Assembly: GCA_963707025.1 (NCBI GenBank)
Contig: CAVPOM010000005.1
Coordinates: forward strand, 288,001-352,000
Direction: 5' to 3'
From: an uncultured Verrucomicrobiae bacterium
Lineage (GTDB): Bacteria; Verrucomicrobiota; Verrucomicrobiia; Limisphaerales; Palsa-1400
Length of the DNA stretch: 64,000 bases
Shown here: positions 50,892 through 61,191 of the stretch, in pieces
Numbering within the stretch: the first letter of the stretch is position 1
Layout of the letters: the number at the start of each line of letters is the position of its first letter
Notes under the pieces: model-generated
The model's input: the letters and a program-made list of their open reading frames with translations, nothing else
Database searches by the model: none
Told to the model about the DNA's origin: nothing
Made by a program: the position numbers and the translations under genes

Positions 50892-51101
50892 GGCCATGAC
50901 TGACCCATTATCCGGCAGCGCACGATGACCCGCCGGACGGCCCCCCATTGCATTCCCGTGGCAAGACGGGCGGGCCATACCAGCACCCCGCGCAAAAGCC
51001 CCTTCCCCAGTGGACAGGCGGGGGTTGCCCTGTGCTGGGCAACCCTGGCGCCGGACGCAGCCGCTCAGGCGGAAGAAAAGTTCTCCTCTGGAGGCGCCCC
51101 T

Positions 51102-51383
51102 CTATTCTTGGGGGTTAATCCCGGCCTGATGGGCCTGGATGGCCTCCGCGATGGTCGTGACGGTACGCATCGTTTTTCGCGCGACGGCGGCGTCGGGAAT
51201 CTTAATGCCGTAGCGTTTGTCCAGCGCGACGACCAATTCGAGGGCGTCCACGGAGTCCAATCCCAGACTGCCCGGTCCGAAGAGCGGCTGGTCGTCGCCA
51301 ATTTCTTGCGGAGTGATTTGCAGCATGAGGTCTTCGACCAGGAAGCATTTGATCTGGGTTATAAGTTGGGGGGATGTGTTCAT
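51102..51383 (-). CDS. Acyl carrier protein
   Basis: LFGPGSLGLDSVDALELVV; ATGA overlap with the upstream gene. Confidence 0.93.
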   Translation of the reverse strand: MNTSPQLITQIKCFLVEDLMLQITPQEIGDDQPLFGPGSLGLDSVDALELVVALDKRYGIKIPDAAVARKTMRTVTTIAEAIQAHQAGINPQE

Positions 51384-52420
51384 GGCGGTGTGGCTGTTGG
51401 TGTTTTCAAAAAATTCGGGTTGACGAACCGCGCCGCGATGGCCTGCAAACTCTGGCCTGTGATGCTCACATTGGCGGCCACGCAGCGAGATTGCTGAATG
51501 GCGTCGCACCCGGCGACACATTGCCAGGCGGCTGCGGCGGCGAAGGCTTCGCCCAGAATTGCCATTGGAGTCAACAATTCGCCTGGCCAATCGTCCCAGG
51601 CGGGGTTGTCGCATTCGCTGGCGCAAAGCAATTCGTCCGGCGCGCCGAGGGGCAGTTGCGCGCGCACTTTTCGCGCCGCGTCATGGCGGCCCGGCGCGCG
51701 GGTGGCGGCGAGGGAATCCGTCACCGCGGCCAATTCAACAGGAGCGTGAGTGGGAGGCCAGGTTTTCAGGTAAAGCGCGCCCGCTCCGCTGGAGTGAATC
51801 GCCCGGCGGTCAAACAAGCGCAGCGCGTCGGCGGCGGTCCAATCCGGTTCCTCCGCGCCAATGACGACACAGGCCTCGGCCAAGCCGTTGTCCAGCCATC
51901 CTGCGGCCACGGCGAGGCCCTGCAAGAAAGTGCCCGCATCGCCGACCAGAGAGTAAGTGAGCACCGAAGAACCCAAGCAGGCCGCCAGATGACTGGCGGA
52001 AGAGTTAAAAACCGTTTCCGGGAAGATCATCGGGCTGGCGGTGGCCGGGTTTTGCAGAACTTCTTCATAAAACCGCCGCGAATAAGAAATGCCTCCTGTC
52101 AAGGTGCAGGTCACGATGCCCAACCGCAGGCCGCCGGAGAGGATGAGGCCGGCGTCCCGGCCGAGGGCCTCCAGCGCGGCGCCGACGGCGTAATGAGTGA
52201 TCGGGCTGGCCCGCCGCAAACGGGGATGCGCGGCGAAGGCGGGCCGGACCGGAGGCGGCGGCACGAGGCGCACGAGCAGGGGTTTGTCCCAACCGGGCCG
52301 CGCCAGCGATTGCACCGGCAGTGGCCGCTGGTTTTTCAGACTGGCCCGCAAAGCCGGCACACCCCAGCCCGCCGGGGAAACCGCGCCTTGCCCATGCACA
52401 AATACCCGGCTCACCGGCAC
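51380..52420 (-). CDS. Ketosynthase-like chain-length-factor protein (no catalytic Cys)
   Basis: SPMIFPETVFNSSASHL; LVGDAGT where a KS has xACASG. Confidence 0.8.
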   Translation of the reverse strand: MPVSRVFVHGQGAVSPAGWGVPALRASLKNQRPLPVQSLARPGWDKPLLVRLVPPPPVRPAFAAHPRLRRASPITHYAVGAALEALGRDAGLILSGGLRLGIVTCTLTGGISYSRRFYEEVLQNPATASPMIFPETVFNSSASHLAACLGSSVLTYSLVGDAGTFLQGLAVAAGWLDNGLAEACVVIGAEEPDWTAADALRLFDRRAIHSSGAGALYLKTWPPTHAPVELAAVTDSLAATRAPGRHDAARKVRAQLPLGAPDELLCASECDNPAWDDWPGELLTPMAILGEAFAAAAAWQCVAGCDAIQQSRCVAANVSITGQSLQAIAARFVNPNFLKTPTATPP

Positions 52421-53649
52421 CTCCGAAACAGGAGGGTGGCGTTGGCGCCTCCGAACCCAAAGGAATTGGACAGGACGGTTTGTATTTGCGCATCAACTGG
52501 CTGGCGCACTATTTGAAAGCGGCAGACCGGATCAGGAGCCTGCAGCGAAGTCTCCGGCGGAAGCCACTGGCCGCGCAAGGCCATAAGGGAAACCACCGCT
52601 TCAACCGCTCCGGCCGCGCCCAACAAATGGCCAATGCCCGCCTTGGTGGAACTGACCGGCAGTGTCGCGGCCCGCGCACCAGCCCAAGCATGGATGGCGG
52701 CGGTTTCGGCGGAGTCGTTTTGCGGCGTGGCAGTCCCGTGGGCGTTCACATAATCAATTTGTTCCGGCGTGACGCCCGCGCCGGCACAGGCGGCCTGCAT
52801 GGCGGCCAGCGCCGCGTTTCCTTCCGGCTGGGGCTGGGTGAGATGGTGTGTGTCCGTTGTGGCTCCATAACCCAGGATTTCGCCGAGGATTTCCGCACCC
52901 CGCCGTTGGGCGGAACTCAAGTCTTCCAGAGCGAGCACCGCCGCGCCTTCACCCAGCGTCAAGCCGTCACGCCCCGCGTCAAACGGGCGGCACGGTGACG
53001 GCGAGAGGGCTTGGAGCGCGTCAAACCCGGCAAATGTCAAATGGCAGAGAGCGTCGTATCCTCCGGTCAGGACCCTTTCGGCCCGGCCTTGGCGAAGCAA
53101 TTGCCAGGCATGCCCAATGGCGTTGGCTCCCGAGGCACAGGCATTGGAAATGGTAATGACCTCTGCCTCGACACCGAGGGCGTTGGCCAGATTGATCCCT
53201 TGCTGCTGCACCAGATAATGGGTGACGCGCTCGGTCTGGCGCTTGAAACAAGAAGGCCGTTGCAGGGCTTGGAGAAGATATTCCTGGCCCAGGCACATTT
53301 CCCCGCTGGTCGTGCCCAGGACCAAGGGAAGACGGCCGTGCGGAGCCCATCCGGCTTGGTTCCATGCTTCCGCGCCGGCCAGAATGAGCAGGCGCGAGGC
53401 GCGCTGGAGCCGCCGCAAATCGCCGCGGGACAACCGGTTGGGCGGCAAGTCGCCTGGCAGATCAATTTCGGCGGCAATTTTGCACCGCTGACGCGATACG
53501 TCGAACAGTGTCACCGGGCGAAAAGCCGTGCGCCCGGAGCGAAAAGCCTCGGCGTTTATCTTCCAGCCCGCGCCGAAGGCGGTGATGACACCCGCGCCGG
53601 TGACGACGATGCGCCGCGGTGGCGGTGATTTAGGCGGTGGGAACAGCAC
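52411..53649 (-). CDS. FabF-like beta-ketoacyl-ACP synthase
   Basis: SNACASG, NAHGTAT, GHLLGAAG, NSFGFGG. Confidence 0.93.
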   Translation of the reverse strand: MLFPPPKSPPPRRIVVTGAGVITAFGAGWKINAEAFRSGRTAFRPVTLFDVSRQRCKIAAEIDLPGDLPPNRLSRGDLRRLQRASRLLILAGAEAWNQAGWAPHGRLPLVLGTTSGEMCLGQEYLLQALQRPSCFKRQTERVTHYLVQQQGINLANALGVEAEVITISNACASGANAIGHAWQLLRQGRAERVLTGGYDALCHLTFAGFDALQALSPSPCRPFDAGRDGLTLGEGAAVLALEDLSSAQRRGAEILGEILGYGATTDTHHLTQPQPEGNAALAAMQAACAGAGVTPEQIDYVNAHGTATPQNDSAETAAIHAWAGARAATLPVSSTKAGIGHLLGAAGAVEAVVSLMALRGQWLPPETSLQAPDPVCRFQIVRQPVDAQIQTVLSNSFGFGGANATLLFRRCR

Positions 53650-55054
53650 GGGTCATTTCAGCCACGCCCTGCGGCATGATGCGTTGCAACATGGCAAAGT
53701 AACTCCAGAGTGGACCAACGACGCCGCGCCGGCGCAGGCGCGCGACCAGATTGGCGAAGCCGGGAGGCGGATCGCCAACGATCCAATTGGGCGCGCGGCG
53801 GGCAAACTCGCGCAGCCGCTCAAAGACGGAGGCTTCGTCCAGCCCGGCCGCGAAGTAGTACGCCGGGGCCAGCAGGTCGGCGCCGGCCGTGACCTGGCCG
53901 TCACGCACCGCCCGCTGCGCCAGCGCCGTGCCGGGGAAGATTCGCATGCCCACCACCGCCAGCACGACCGAGCCTGCCAGATGCCGGGAGTTTTGGAAGC
54001 TGGTTTCCAGTGTTTCCAGCGTTTCACCCGGTCCGCCGCAAATCAGGTAGTGGCAATGCTCGATTCCCGCCTGCCGGGCCAACTGGCTCGACCGGGCGAT
54101 GTCATCAAAGGCGAGCCGCTTGGTGTACTGCTCCAGGACTGAGTCGCAAAAACTGTCGGACCCAAACTCGATGTGGGTTAAACCCGCCTGCGCCATCAGC
54201 CGCATCATTTCCAAGGTCAGTGATTGCGGACGCAGGAAGCAGCCCCAGGCAAGTTTGACGCGGCGGCGGAGGATCGCTTCGCAGGTTTCGGCGACATGCC
54301 GCTCCGACGAGTTGAAAACGGAATCAACGACGAACACGTATTTCGCGCCCATCGCCTGAAGCTGCTCGAACTCCCCGGCGACGGCCTCCGGGTCGCGCCG
54401 GCGATGCAGGCATCCTTCGATCAGCGGGTAAGCGCAGTAAGTGCAGGCATGTCCACAGCCCCGTTGCGTCTGCGCGTTCAACATGCCGCTGGCCCTGAGG
54501 TAAAAGTCCGCGACTGCCGGCGGGCGGTCGGCGGCATCCAATCCAGTTTGCGATCCGGAAGGCTGCTGCGGATTGGCCACAATCTGCCGGCCACGACGGT
54601 AAACCAGACCTGGGATGGACGCGTAGCCGCCGCCGCCACGCAACGCCGCCACCAGCGCGACCAGGCTCGCCTCGCCTTCGCCCTGGATGCCAAAGTCGGC
54701 GCGGCTGAGTTCGAGCAATTTGCCGGGATAAATTGAAAAGCCGCTGCCGCCGATCACCACCGTGCAGGGATGGGCACGGCGTACGGTGTCACTCAGCGTC
54801 AGCAGACCGGCGAAGTAGGTTTCCTGTTGCCGGATGAGGACATTGTCAATATTACGAAGCGAGATGCCGACAAAATCAGGCTGGTAGCGGCGCAGCACTT
54901 CCTCGACCGGCTGCGTTTCCGCCAGGAGGTCAAAGAGCCGGGTTTCGTGGCCGGCCCGCCGCAAGGCGGCGTTGAGGTGGGAGAGACCGAGCGGGAATAC
55001 CGGATCAGGCGCGGCGCACCGATTGGCGTTGATGAGGAGAATCCTGCTAGCCAT
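53630..55054 (-). CDS. Cobalamin-binding radical SAM protein (lipid-biosynthesis type)
   Basis: RILLINANR..PDPVFPLG, GISLRNID B12 domain; RGCGHACTYC. Confidence 0.88.
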   Translation of the reverse strand: MASRILLINANRCAAPDPVFPLGLSHLNAALRRAGHETRLFDLLAETQPVEEVLRRYQPDFVGISLRNIDNVLIRQQETYFAGLLTLSDTVRRAHPCTVVIGGSGFSIYPGKLLELSRADFGIQGEGEASLVALVAALRGGGGYASIPGLVYRRGRQIVANPQQPSGSQTGLDAADRPPAVADFYLRASGMLNAQTQRGCGHACTYCAYPLIEGCLHRRRDPEAVAGEFEQLQAMGAKYVFVVDSVFNSSERHVAETCEAILRRRVKLAWGCFLRPQSLTLEMMRLMAQAGLTHIEFGSDSFCDSVLEQYTKRLAFDDIARSSQLARQAGIEHCHYLICGGPGETLETLETSFQNSRHLAGSVVLAVVGMRIFPGTALAQRAVRDGQVTAGADLLAPAYYFAAGLDEASVFERLREFARRAPNWIVGDPPPGFANLVARLRRRGVVGPLWSYFAMLQRIMPQGVAEMTRAVPTA

Positions 55055-55062
55055 GGCCAACC

Positions 55063-56085
55063 TCAACGGGTCATCGGCGCGCGTTCCCCGGTGGCGGGGC
55101 TGGCCCTGCCGTTCCGGTAAAAGTCGGCCAATCCCTGCCGCGACGGGGTCAAGCCCTCCGCTTCAATCGCCGCCAGCACGCGTGCTTCCGTCATGATGAA
55201 ACGGTCGCGTTTATAGATGATATAGTCGTCGCGCATGCCGTCCGGTGTCATGTTGATGGTCACCAGATTGGCCCCGGCTCGCAAACCGCGGCGGTAGCCG
55301 TCGTCTTCGACCAGATTGAGCGCGCTCACGGCTGGAATGACCCAGTCCGGCCGCATCAGCCGGAGGGCCGCCATGCAGTTAATCGTCCAATCAGCCGGGG
55401 CCGGGCGCCTGTTGGCCAAAGGCGTGTCCTCGCCGGGGATGAACGGGCTGACACTGCATCCGTGCAGCGGGAGCGAGCGTGCCAATTCCAAATCCGCGCG
55501 CAGATCGCGCACCGACTGTCCCGGCAAACCAGCGATGAAACCCGAACTGACGAACCATCCGCCCTCCGCCAGCAGGCGGATGTTCCGCAACCGCTCGGCC
55601 AAGGTGCCGGGCGCCTGCACCGCCTGGTAACGGGCCTCCTCACCGGCTTCAAACTTTATGATGTAGATGGACGCGCCGGCGCGTTGCAGTTTCTCGTAAA
55701 CTTCCGGGGTCAGCGTGCCAAGGCAAAGGCTGACTCCGAGCGACGTCTCGCGCTGAAGTGTCGCCAGCAGCGGCAACACCACCTCGCGCACGACGGCCGG
55801 GTCTTCCCCGCTTTGGATATTGATATCTGTGACCGTGGCCGGAAGATGGTGAAGGAGCAACTCGGCGATCTGTTCCTGGCGGGCGCGGTGCCGATGCAAG
55901 ATGCGATTATCCCGGCGCATCCCGCAATAAGCGCAATTCTCGCGGCAAAAATTGGAAACCTCGACCACCGCGCGGACAAAAACGTTGCGGCCAAACCCGG
56001 CGCGCGTTGCCTCGGCGGCGGATTCATGCAAGGCCGTCTGCCTCGATCCGCTGGCATTCAAGTCGGTTTCACTCAAGCAGTCCAT
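55063..56085 (-). CDS. HydE/BioB/PylB-like radical SAM protein
   Basis: EVSNFCRENCAYCG, SGFIAGLPGQ, PFIPGEDTPL, AGANLV. Confidence 0.85.
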   Translation of the reverse strand: MDCLSETDLNASGSRQTALHESAAEATRAGFGRNVFVRAVVEVSNFCRENCAYCGMRRDNRILHRHRARQEQIAELLLHHLPATVTDINIQSGEDPAVVREVVLPLLATLQRETSLGVSLCLGTLTPEVYEKLQRAGASIYIIKFEAGEEARYQAVQAPGTLAERLRNIRLLAEGGWFVSSGFIAGLPGQSVRDLRADLELARSLPLHGCSVSPFIPGEDTPLANRRPAPADWTINCMAALRLMRPDWVIPAVSALNLVEDDGYRRGLRAGANLVTINMTPDGMRDDYIIYKRDRFIMTEARVLAAIEAEGLTPSRQGLADFYRNGRASPATGERAPMTR

Positions 56086-56407
56086 TTGCAAGCATCTTTT
56101 CGGTTAATCACGCCAAGTCCGGCCCGGGTCACGGCGCGCCCACTGTGGGGCATCACCCTGCCACGGCTGGCACGCCAGGAAGCGCCGGCCATCCAACAGG
56201 ATTTGGCGGCAAAGAACGCAGCGCTGGCACAAGACTATTAAAAGGGCTTAAACCGTGACAGTCAACCCATGCTTTTTATCAAGGGCGGCGGCAGGAACGA
56301 CCGGGTTGCAATCGGCAAGATCCCGCAGGCAGAGCGCCGTTTTGCGACAGCGCCGGAATGGCCGGATTTCCATTTGTCAGGCCCGGCGTTCGGGTCTATC
56401 TTGCGCC

Positions 56408-56983
56408 ATGAAGACAATGCGCAAAATATCAATCGGCGCTCTGCTGATGCTGTTCCCGGCCGGCCTGGCGCTGGCGGCTGATCCAACAGCCTTTTCGCTG
56501 ATCAAGGAGGGGGACAGATACATCGGTGAGCAAAGCAAAGACAAAGTCGTGCAAATTCGCTCCGACAAATCCGTCGGAACCATGATTCCGAATATATGGT
56601 ATGTAGTCTATTATGATCCCGACGCGTCGTTGAAAGCCGTCGAGGTGAAATTTGGCGCGGGCCAGAAGATGAAGGTGTCGCGGCCCTTGCGGCTGTTGGA
56701 ACCGGTCACGGGCGCGGACAAAGTGCTGGATTCAGCCAGACTCAAAACAGACTCCGACAAGGCGCTGGCGACCGCCATGGCCCAGCCGCTGTTGAAGAAT
56801 CTGACGCTCACAGCGTCACAAATGTGGCTGCAGCACGCTGAGGAAGGTCCACGGTGGAAGATCAAATTGTGGGCGGCCAAACTCAAGAAGCCCTGGGATC
56901 AGGCTGACGTGGGCGATGTTTATGTTTCCACCGCCGACGGCTCTGTGATTCGGACCGACCTGCATCCCTCCCGCATAGATTAA
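56408..56983 (+). CDS. Secreted hypothetical protein (possible PepSY-like C-terminus)
   Basis: Signal peptide ending ALA-A; DSDKALATA...VYVSTADGSV. Confidence 0.65.
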   Translation: MKTMRKISIGALLMLFPAGLALAADPTAFSLIKEGDRYIGEQSKDKVVQIRSDKSVGTMIPNIWYVVYYDPDASLKAVEVKFGAGQKMKVSRPLRLLEPVTGADKVLDSARLKTDSDKALATAMAQPLLKNLTLTASQMWLQHAEEGPRWKIKLWAAKLKKPWDQADVGDVYVSTADGSVIRTDLHPSRID

Positions 56984-57012
56984 ATGGCACCGCGCCGCGC
57001 CGGACCCAAAAT

Positions 57013-57681
57013 ATGATGGATTGGAAACGGCAATGCGCCGCGGTGATACCGTGTTTCAATGAAGCCGGGCGGATCGGGCCGGTCATTGTTGGGGTGCAAC
57101 GCCATTTGCCCAGCCTCATCGTGGTGGATGACGGGTCCACCGATGCCACCCCGAAAGAGGCCGCACGGGCTGGCGCGGAGGTGATCCGGCAAGGCGCCAA
57201 CCGCGGAAAGGGGTTGGCCTTGCGGGCGGGTTGGCGCCACGCCCGGCGCATGGGCTTCACCTGGGCCTTGTCGCTGGATGGAGATGGACAGCACGCCGCG
57301 GAGGACATCCCGGAGTTTTTCGCCTGTGCCGAACGAACATCCGCGCGCCTGATTGTCGGCAATCGGATGGGGCAAGGCGGGGCCATGCCGTGGTTGCGCC
57401 GTTGGGCCAACCGCTGGATGTCCCGGTGCCTGTCTGACATGACGGGAGCGGCCTTGCCGGACTCACAGTGCGGTTTTCGTCTGGGGCATTTGGAAACCCT
57501 GCGGCGACTCCACCTCTCCGCTGCGCGATTTGAAATCGAATCGGAAACCCTGCTGGCCATTCTGGCCGCCGGGGAACGGGTGGAATTTGTCCCCATCCAA
57601 GTCATCTACAAATCCAGCCGGAGCAATATATGTCCCTTCCGGGACACCTGGCGATGGTTGCGCTGGCGGGCGGCGCAATGA
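57013..57681 (+). CDS. Glycosyltransferase family 2 (DPM1-like)
   Basis: IPCFNE, VVDDGSTD, LDGDGQH, DSQCGFR. Confidence 0.93.
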   Translation: MMDWKRQCAAVIPCFNEAGRIGPVIVGVQRHLPSLIVVDDGSTDATPKEAARAGAEVIRQGANRGKGLALRAGWRHARRMGFTWALSLDGDGQHAAEDIPEFFACAERTSARLIVGNRMGQGGAMPWLRRWANRWMSRCLSDMTGAALPDSQCGFRLGHLETLRRLHLSAARFEIESETLLAILAAGERVEFVPIQVIYKSSRSNICPFRDTWRWLRWRAAQ

Positions 57682-57700
57682 GCCGTGCCAACATAGAATT

Positions 57701-58066
57701 ATGGACGAAATTCAACCTCCAACCCGGCCCAAGGGCCTTGGTTTTCAACTTTTGCTTCGCAAAGTGGTGGCGCTGGTGATTGTGACGGTGGTGTTCGGCT
57801 GGTTTTACGGCTGGGCTTCGCCGTGGGCGTTTCCCAAGAACCAGACCGCCGGCTTTAAATACGGCATCTTGCATGGCGCCTTGATGCCCTTGTCGCTGCC
57901 CGCCCTGGTCATCGGCAGGGACGTGCCGATTTATGCGCCGGACAATTCCGGACGTGGCTACAAAATTGGATATATCTGCGGCATTGATGCGTGCGGCCTG
58001 CTTTTTTTTGGCGCCGCCTTTCGCCGGCCCAAAATCACATCAGCCAACTGCGATAAATCTCAATAA
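57701..58066 (+). CDS. Small hypothetical membrane protein
   Basis: Hydrophobic segments; GILHGALMP, IYAPDNSGRGYKIGY. Confidence 0.6.
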   Translation: MDEIQPPTRPKGLGFQLLLRKVVALVIVTVVFGWFYGWASPWAFPKNQTAGFKYGILHGALMPLSLPALVIGRDVPIYAPDNSGRGYKIGYICGIDACGLLFFGAAFRRPKITSANCDKSQ

Positions 58067-58772
58067 TGTCCAATTCACCCCCGGCCCAATAATGATTGGG
58101 CGGCAGGGAGAACGTGCTGGTGTCGGAGTCGAAGGTCAGCCGCACTGGCTGCTTGGTATTGTTAGGGTCATAGGCTTGAAAGGCAGAACCCCGCCCCGTT
58201 TCCCCGGTGGCAAATAAAATCATGCTGTGATTGATGGTCAGCGCCGGAAATTTCACCAGGTGAATAATCGGCGGAACATTTTCTTTGAGCGCGGCCTCCA
58301 AGGACGCGGCGGTGCGGGCCTGGTGCGCGCGTGAAATGGGAAAAACCATCCGCCAATGGCTCCGCAAAACATAAGACCGCCAGGCCCCGCCGCAGCCGGC
58401 TTTCAACAACGCCGGACGCGCCCCGCTGAATTCCCGCAAACTCGCATGGCCGGGAATGACGATTTGATTCCCGGCGGCGCAAGGCTGACGGGGATTCCGT
58501 CCCACCACCTCGCGAATCAGGCGGCGGCACGTTTCGTCATCGGCCGCCTTTTGTGCGGGATCAAAGCGGGCGTGATAAAGAAATTGCCGCGCCGCCCGCG
58601 TCAAGACGAAACAACGATGGGCGTAGGCCGGTTTTGGCTCGCGCCGGCGGAAACGGGTCTTGCCGGTGGACGCCTCGAACTGGTATTCCCAGAACGTTTC
58701 ATTTTCAAAGGCAAAGCTGTCCCGGTCAAACTCAAACCGGCGCGGCCTGGCATGGTTGGAATTATTGGACAT
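58035..58772 (-). CDS. Hypothetical protein with a possible Cys-His-Asp triad
   Basis: DSFAFEN, HRCFV, INHSMIL, AYDPN. Confidence 0.6.
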   Translation of the reverse strand: MSNNSNHARPRRFEFDRDSFAFENETFWEYQFEASTGKTRFRRREPKPAYAHRCFVLTRAARQFLYHARFDPAQKAADDETCRRLIREVVGRNPRQPCAAGNQIVIPGHASLREFSGARPALLKAGCGGAWRSYVLRSHWRMVFPISRAHQARTAASLEAALKENVPPIIHLVKFPALTINHSMILFATGETGRGSAFQAYDPNNTKQPVRLTFDSDTSTFSLPPNHYWAGGELDIIEIYRSWLM

Positions 58773-58820
58773 AAGCAATTGGCTTGCCGGGCAAGTTAGG
58801 GTTGTATTAATGCACTGGCA

Positions 58821-60065
58821 ATGCTTTACCAACGCTGGCGAGACATCTCCAACGAAAGGCGCAACGAACTTGCGTTGCAGGACTTGTCGTCCGGGCAACA
58901 TTGGACCTTTGCCCGATTACGCGCCACGGCCGAGTCGTGGCCGTTGATGGAGGGCAACCTGGTTTGTCCGCACGGCCATGACGCCGCTTTCGTTTGTTCG
59001 CTCCTGTCCGCCTGGCGCGCCGGAAAAGTCGTCTGTCCGCTGGAATCCGGGCAAACCGCTCCCAAGGTCGCGCTCCCGCCGGAAGGCTGCGTTCATCTCA
59101 AGTGGACCTCGGCCACAACCGGCGCCGCCCGCCTGGTTGCGTTCACCGGCGAACAACTCGCCGCCGACGCCGCCCAAATTGTCCTGGCCATGGGGTTGCG
59201 CGCCGACTCGCCCAACCTCGGGGTGATTTCGCTGGCGCATTCCTACGGATTTTCAAATTTGGTGCTGCCGCTGTTGCTGCATGGCATTCCGCTGATTCTG
59301 GCGCCCGCGCCGTTGCCGGAGATTATTCGCCGCGCGGCGGCCCATGAACCGGCGGTGACCCTGCCGGCGGTGCCCGCCTTGTGGCGCGCCTGGCATGAGG
59401 CTGGCGGCGTCCCCGCCCAAGTGCGGCTGGCCATTTCCGCCGGCGCGCCACTGCCGTTGAATTTGGAGCAGGAGGTCTTTGCGAAGAGTGGAATTAAAAT
59501 TCACAATTTTTACGGCGCATCCGAATGCGGCGGCATCGCTTACGAGGCCAGTGCCGTGCCGCGCACGGACGCAGCCCTGGCCGGAACTGCCCTGCCCGGC
59601 GTCAGTGTGTCATTGAACGCGGAGGGTTGCTTGATGGCGCGCGGTCCGGCGGCCGGCCTGACCTATTGGCCCGAAGCATCCCCGGCGCTGAGCGACGGAA
59701 AGTTTCAAACGAGCGATCTGGCCGAATTGAACAATGGATTGGTTTACTTGCGGGGCCGTCGCAGCGACCTGATCAACATGGCCGGCCGGAAAGTGTCGCC
59801 GGAGACAATTGAGCGCGCCCTGCTGGCCCATCCGCGCGTGCGGGAGTGCCTGGTCTTCGGCGCGCAGAGCCAGAATGAGCAGCGCAACGACGTGATTGTC
59901 GCGGTGGTTGCTGCCAGCGCGGGAGAAAGGGAGTTGAAGCAATTCCTCCTGCAATCCTTGCCGTCATGGCAATTGCCCCGCCGCTGGCAGTTTGTCGAAT
60001 CCCTGTCCGCCGGAGCACGCGGGAAGATTTCGCGCGCGGAATGGCGCCGCCGCTTCACCGGCTGA
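58821..60065 (+). CDS. AMP-dependent acyl-CoA/acyl-ACP ligase
   Basis: TSATTG, SAGAPL, FYGASECG, TSDL, GRRSDLIN. Confidence 0.9.
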   Translation: MLYQRWRDISNERRNELALQDLSSGQHWTFARLRATAESWPLMEGNLVCPHGHDAAFVCSLLSAWRAGKVVCPLESGQTAPKVALPPEGCVHLKWTSATTGAARLVAFTGEQLAADAAQIVLAMGLRADSPNLGVISLAHSYGFSNLVLPLLLHGIPLILAPAPLPEIIRRAAAHEPAVTLPAVPALWRAWHEAGGVPAQVRLAISAGAPLPLNLEQEVFAKSGIKIHNFYGASECGGIAYEASAVPRTDAALAGTALPGVSVSLNAEGCLMARGPAAGLTYWPEASPALSDGKFQTSDLAELNNGLVYLRGRRSDLINMAGRKVSPETIERALLAHPRVRECLVFGAQSQNEQRNDVIVAVVAASAGERELKQFLLQSLPSWQLPRRWQFVESLSAGARGKISRAEWRRRFTG

Positions 60066-60070
60066 CAGCC

Positions 60071-60517
60071 TCAGGGGTGGGGCGCTTCTCCGCTCAAGGT
60101 CAATTCCGCCGCGAGCACAAGGTTGTCTCCCACGCGCGCGCGTGCCTGGGCCTGGATCAGATGGCCCAGACGGCCGATGACACTGGCCTCCAGTCGCACC
60201 ACGTCTCCAGGCCGGGCGGCGCCCAGAATTTTCACCCGGCGCAATGCGGTCAGCTTCAAGCCCGCCAGAGGCATGACGGCCGGATCGCTTTGCGCCACAA
60301 CGCCCGAGAGTTGGGCCGCCGCTTCGATGAGCAGCACGCCGGGAAAAATCGGGTCGCCGGGGAAGTGTCCGGGCAAGAATGGCTCATCGCCGCGCACACG
60401 GTATTCGCCCGTGCCTTCCTTCCCCGGCGTCAGGCTGATGATTCTGTCCAGGAAGCGGAACTCCGGGCCGTGCGGCAAAAATCCCAACTCGGTCCCGCCT
60501 GTTCCGGTGGGTTTCAT
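60071..60517 (-). CDS. 3-hydroxyacyl-ACP dehydratase, FabZ family
   Basis: LPHGPEFRFLDRI, GHFPGDPIFPGVLLIEAAAQ. Confidence 0.92.
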   Translation of the reverse strand: MKPTGTGGTELGFLPHGPEFRFLDRIISLTPGKEGTGEYRVRGDEPFLPGHFPGDPIFPGVLLIEAAAQLSGVVAQSDPAVMPLAGLKLTALRRVKILGAARPGDVVRLEASVIGRLGHLIQAQARARVGDNLVLAAELTLSGEAPHP

Positions 60518-61191
60518 TTGGCAAAAGGCTCGGTGACCTTGAAGTCCGCAGGCGGCTTCCATTGGAACAGGTTGTCATCCAAGGCCGGGTTGGCCACGGC
60601 ATTGGTGAAATCGTTGCGCATGCGCGAGCCGTCCACGAAAACCAATTCCGTTCCAGCGAGGGAAAAATTGTTGGCCGTCAGGCTGACTCGCAGCTCGGGC
60701 ATGATCTGGCGCGCGGCGGCGCTGCGCGGCTGCAGTGCCACCAGCCACCTGCCATTGGTTGCGGTGAGCGACAGGACTTGAAATTGCCCATCGAATTCTT
60801 TGCGGGTGCGAGGAAAGCCCGCGTCCAGCAGCGACATGGCATCGCGCCATTCCCGCGGGGCGGACGCGCCCAGAGAATAATGCTCCGCTCTTTTGAGGCG
60901 CGGATAAATGACGAACATCTCATCGGCGTGCCGAAGGGCAATGGTTTGCGCCGGCTGGCCCAGTTCCCAGCGAAACTGGTTGGGCTGGGAAAACCACAAG
61001 CGGCCGGCGGCCACGAGCGGTTGGACGAGGGTTTTGAGGGTGCGTGTTTGCACGAAATCAGCCGACAAGGTGTGAACATTGGCTTGCGCGGCAAACCAAG
61101 CGTCCAGCACCGCGTTGGTGTCGGTGGCGCGCAGCCCAGCCGGGGCCAGCCCGCAGCAGGCCGTCACCAGGACCAGGCGCCAGAACCTCAT
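60514..61191 (-). CDS. LolA-family carrier protein
   Basis: Signal peptide, LSADFVQTR, GRLWFSQPNQFRWE. Confidence 0.85.
   Translation of the reverse strand: MRFWRLVLVTACCGLAPAGLRATDTNAVLDAWFAAQANVHTLSADFVQTRTLKTLVQPLVAAGRLWFSQPNQFRWELGQPAQTIALRHADEMFVIYPRLKRAEHYSLGASAPREWRDAMSLLDAGFPRTRKEFDGQFQVLSLTATNGRWLVALQPRSAAARQIMPELRVSLTANNFSLAGTELVFVDGSRMRNDFTNAVANPALDDNLFQWKPPADFKVTEPFAK

Noticed and set aside
51022..51045. Intrinsic terminator after the ACP gene
   Set aside because: A 9-bp hairpin is present but has no U-tract on either side
55063..56085. Calling this gene hydE or bioB
   Set aside because: Context is a KS/ACP operon with no hydrogenase or biotin genes
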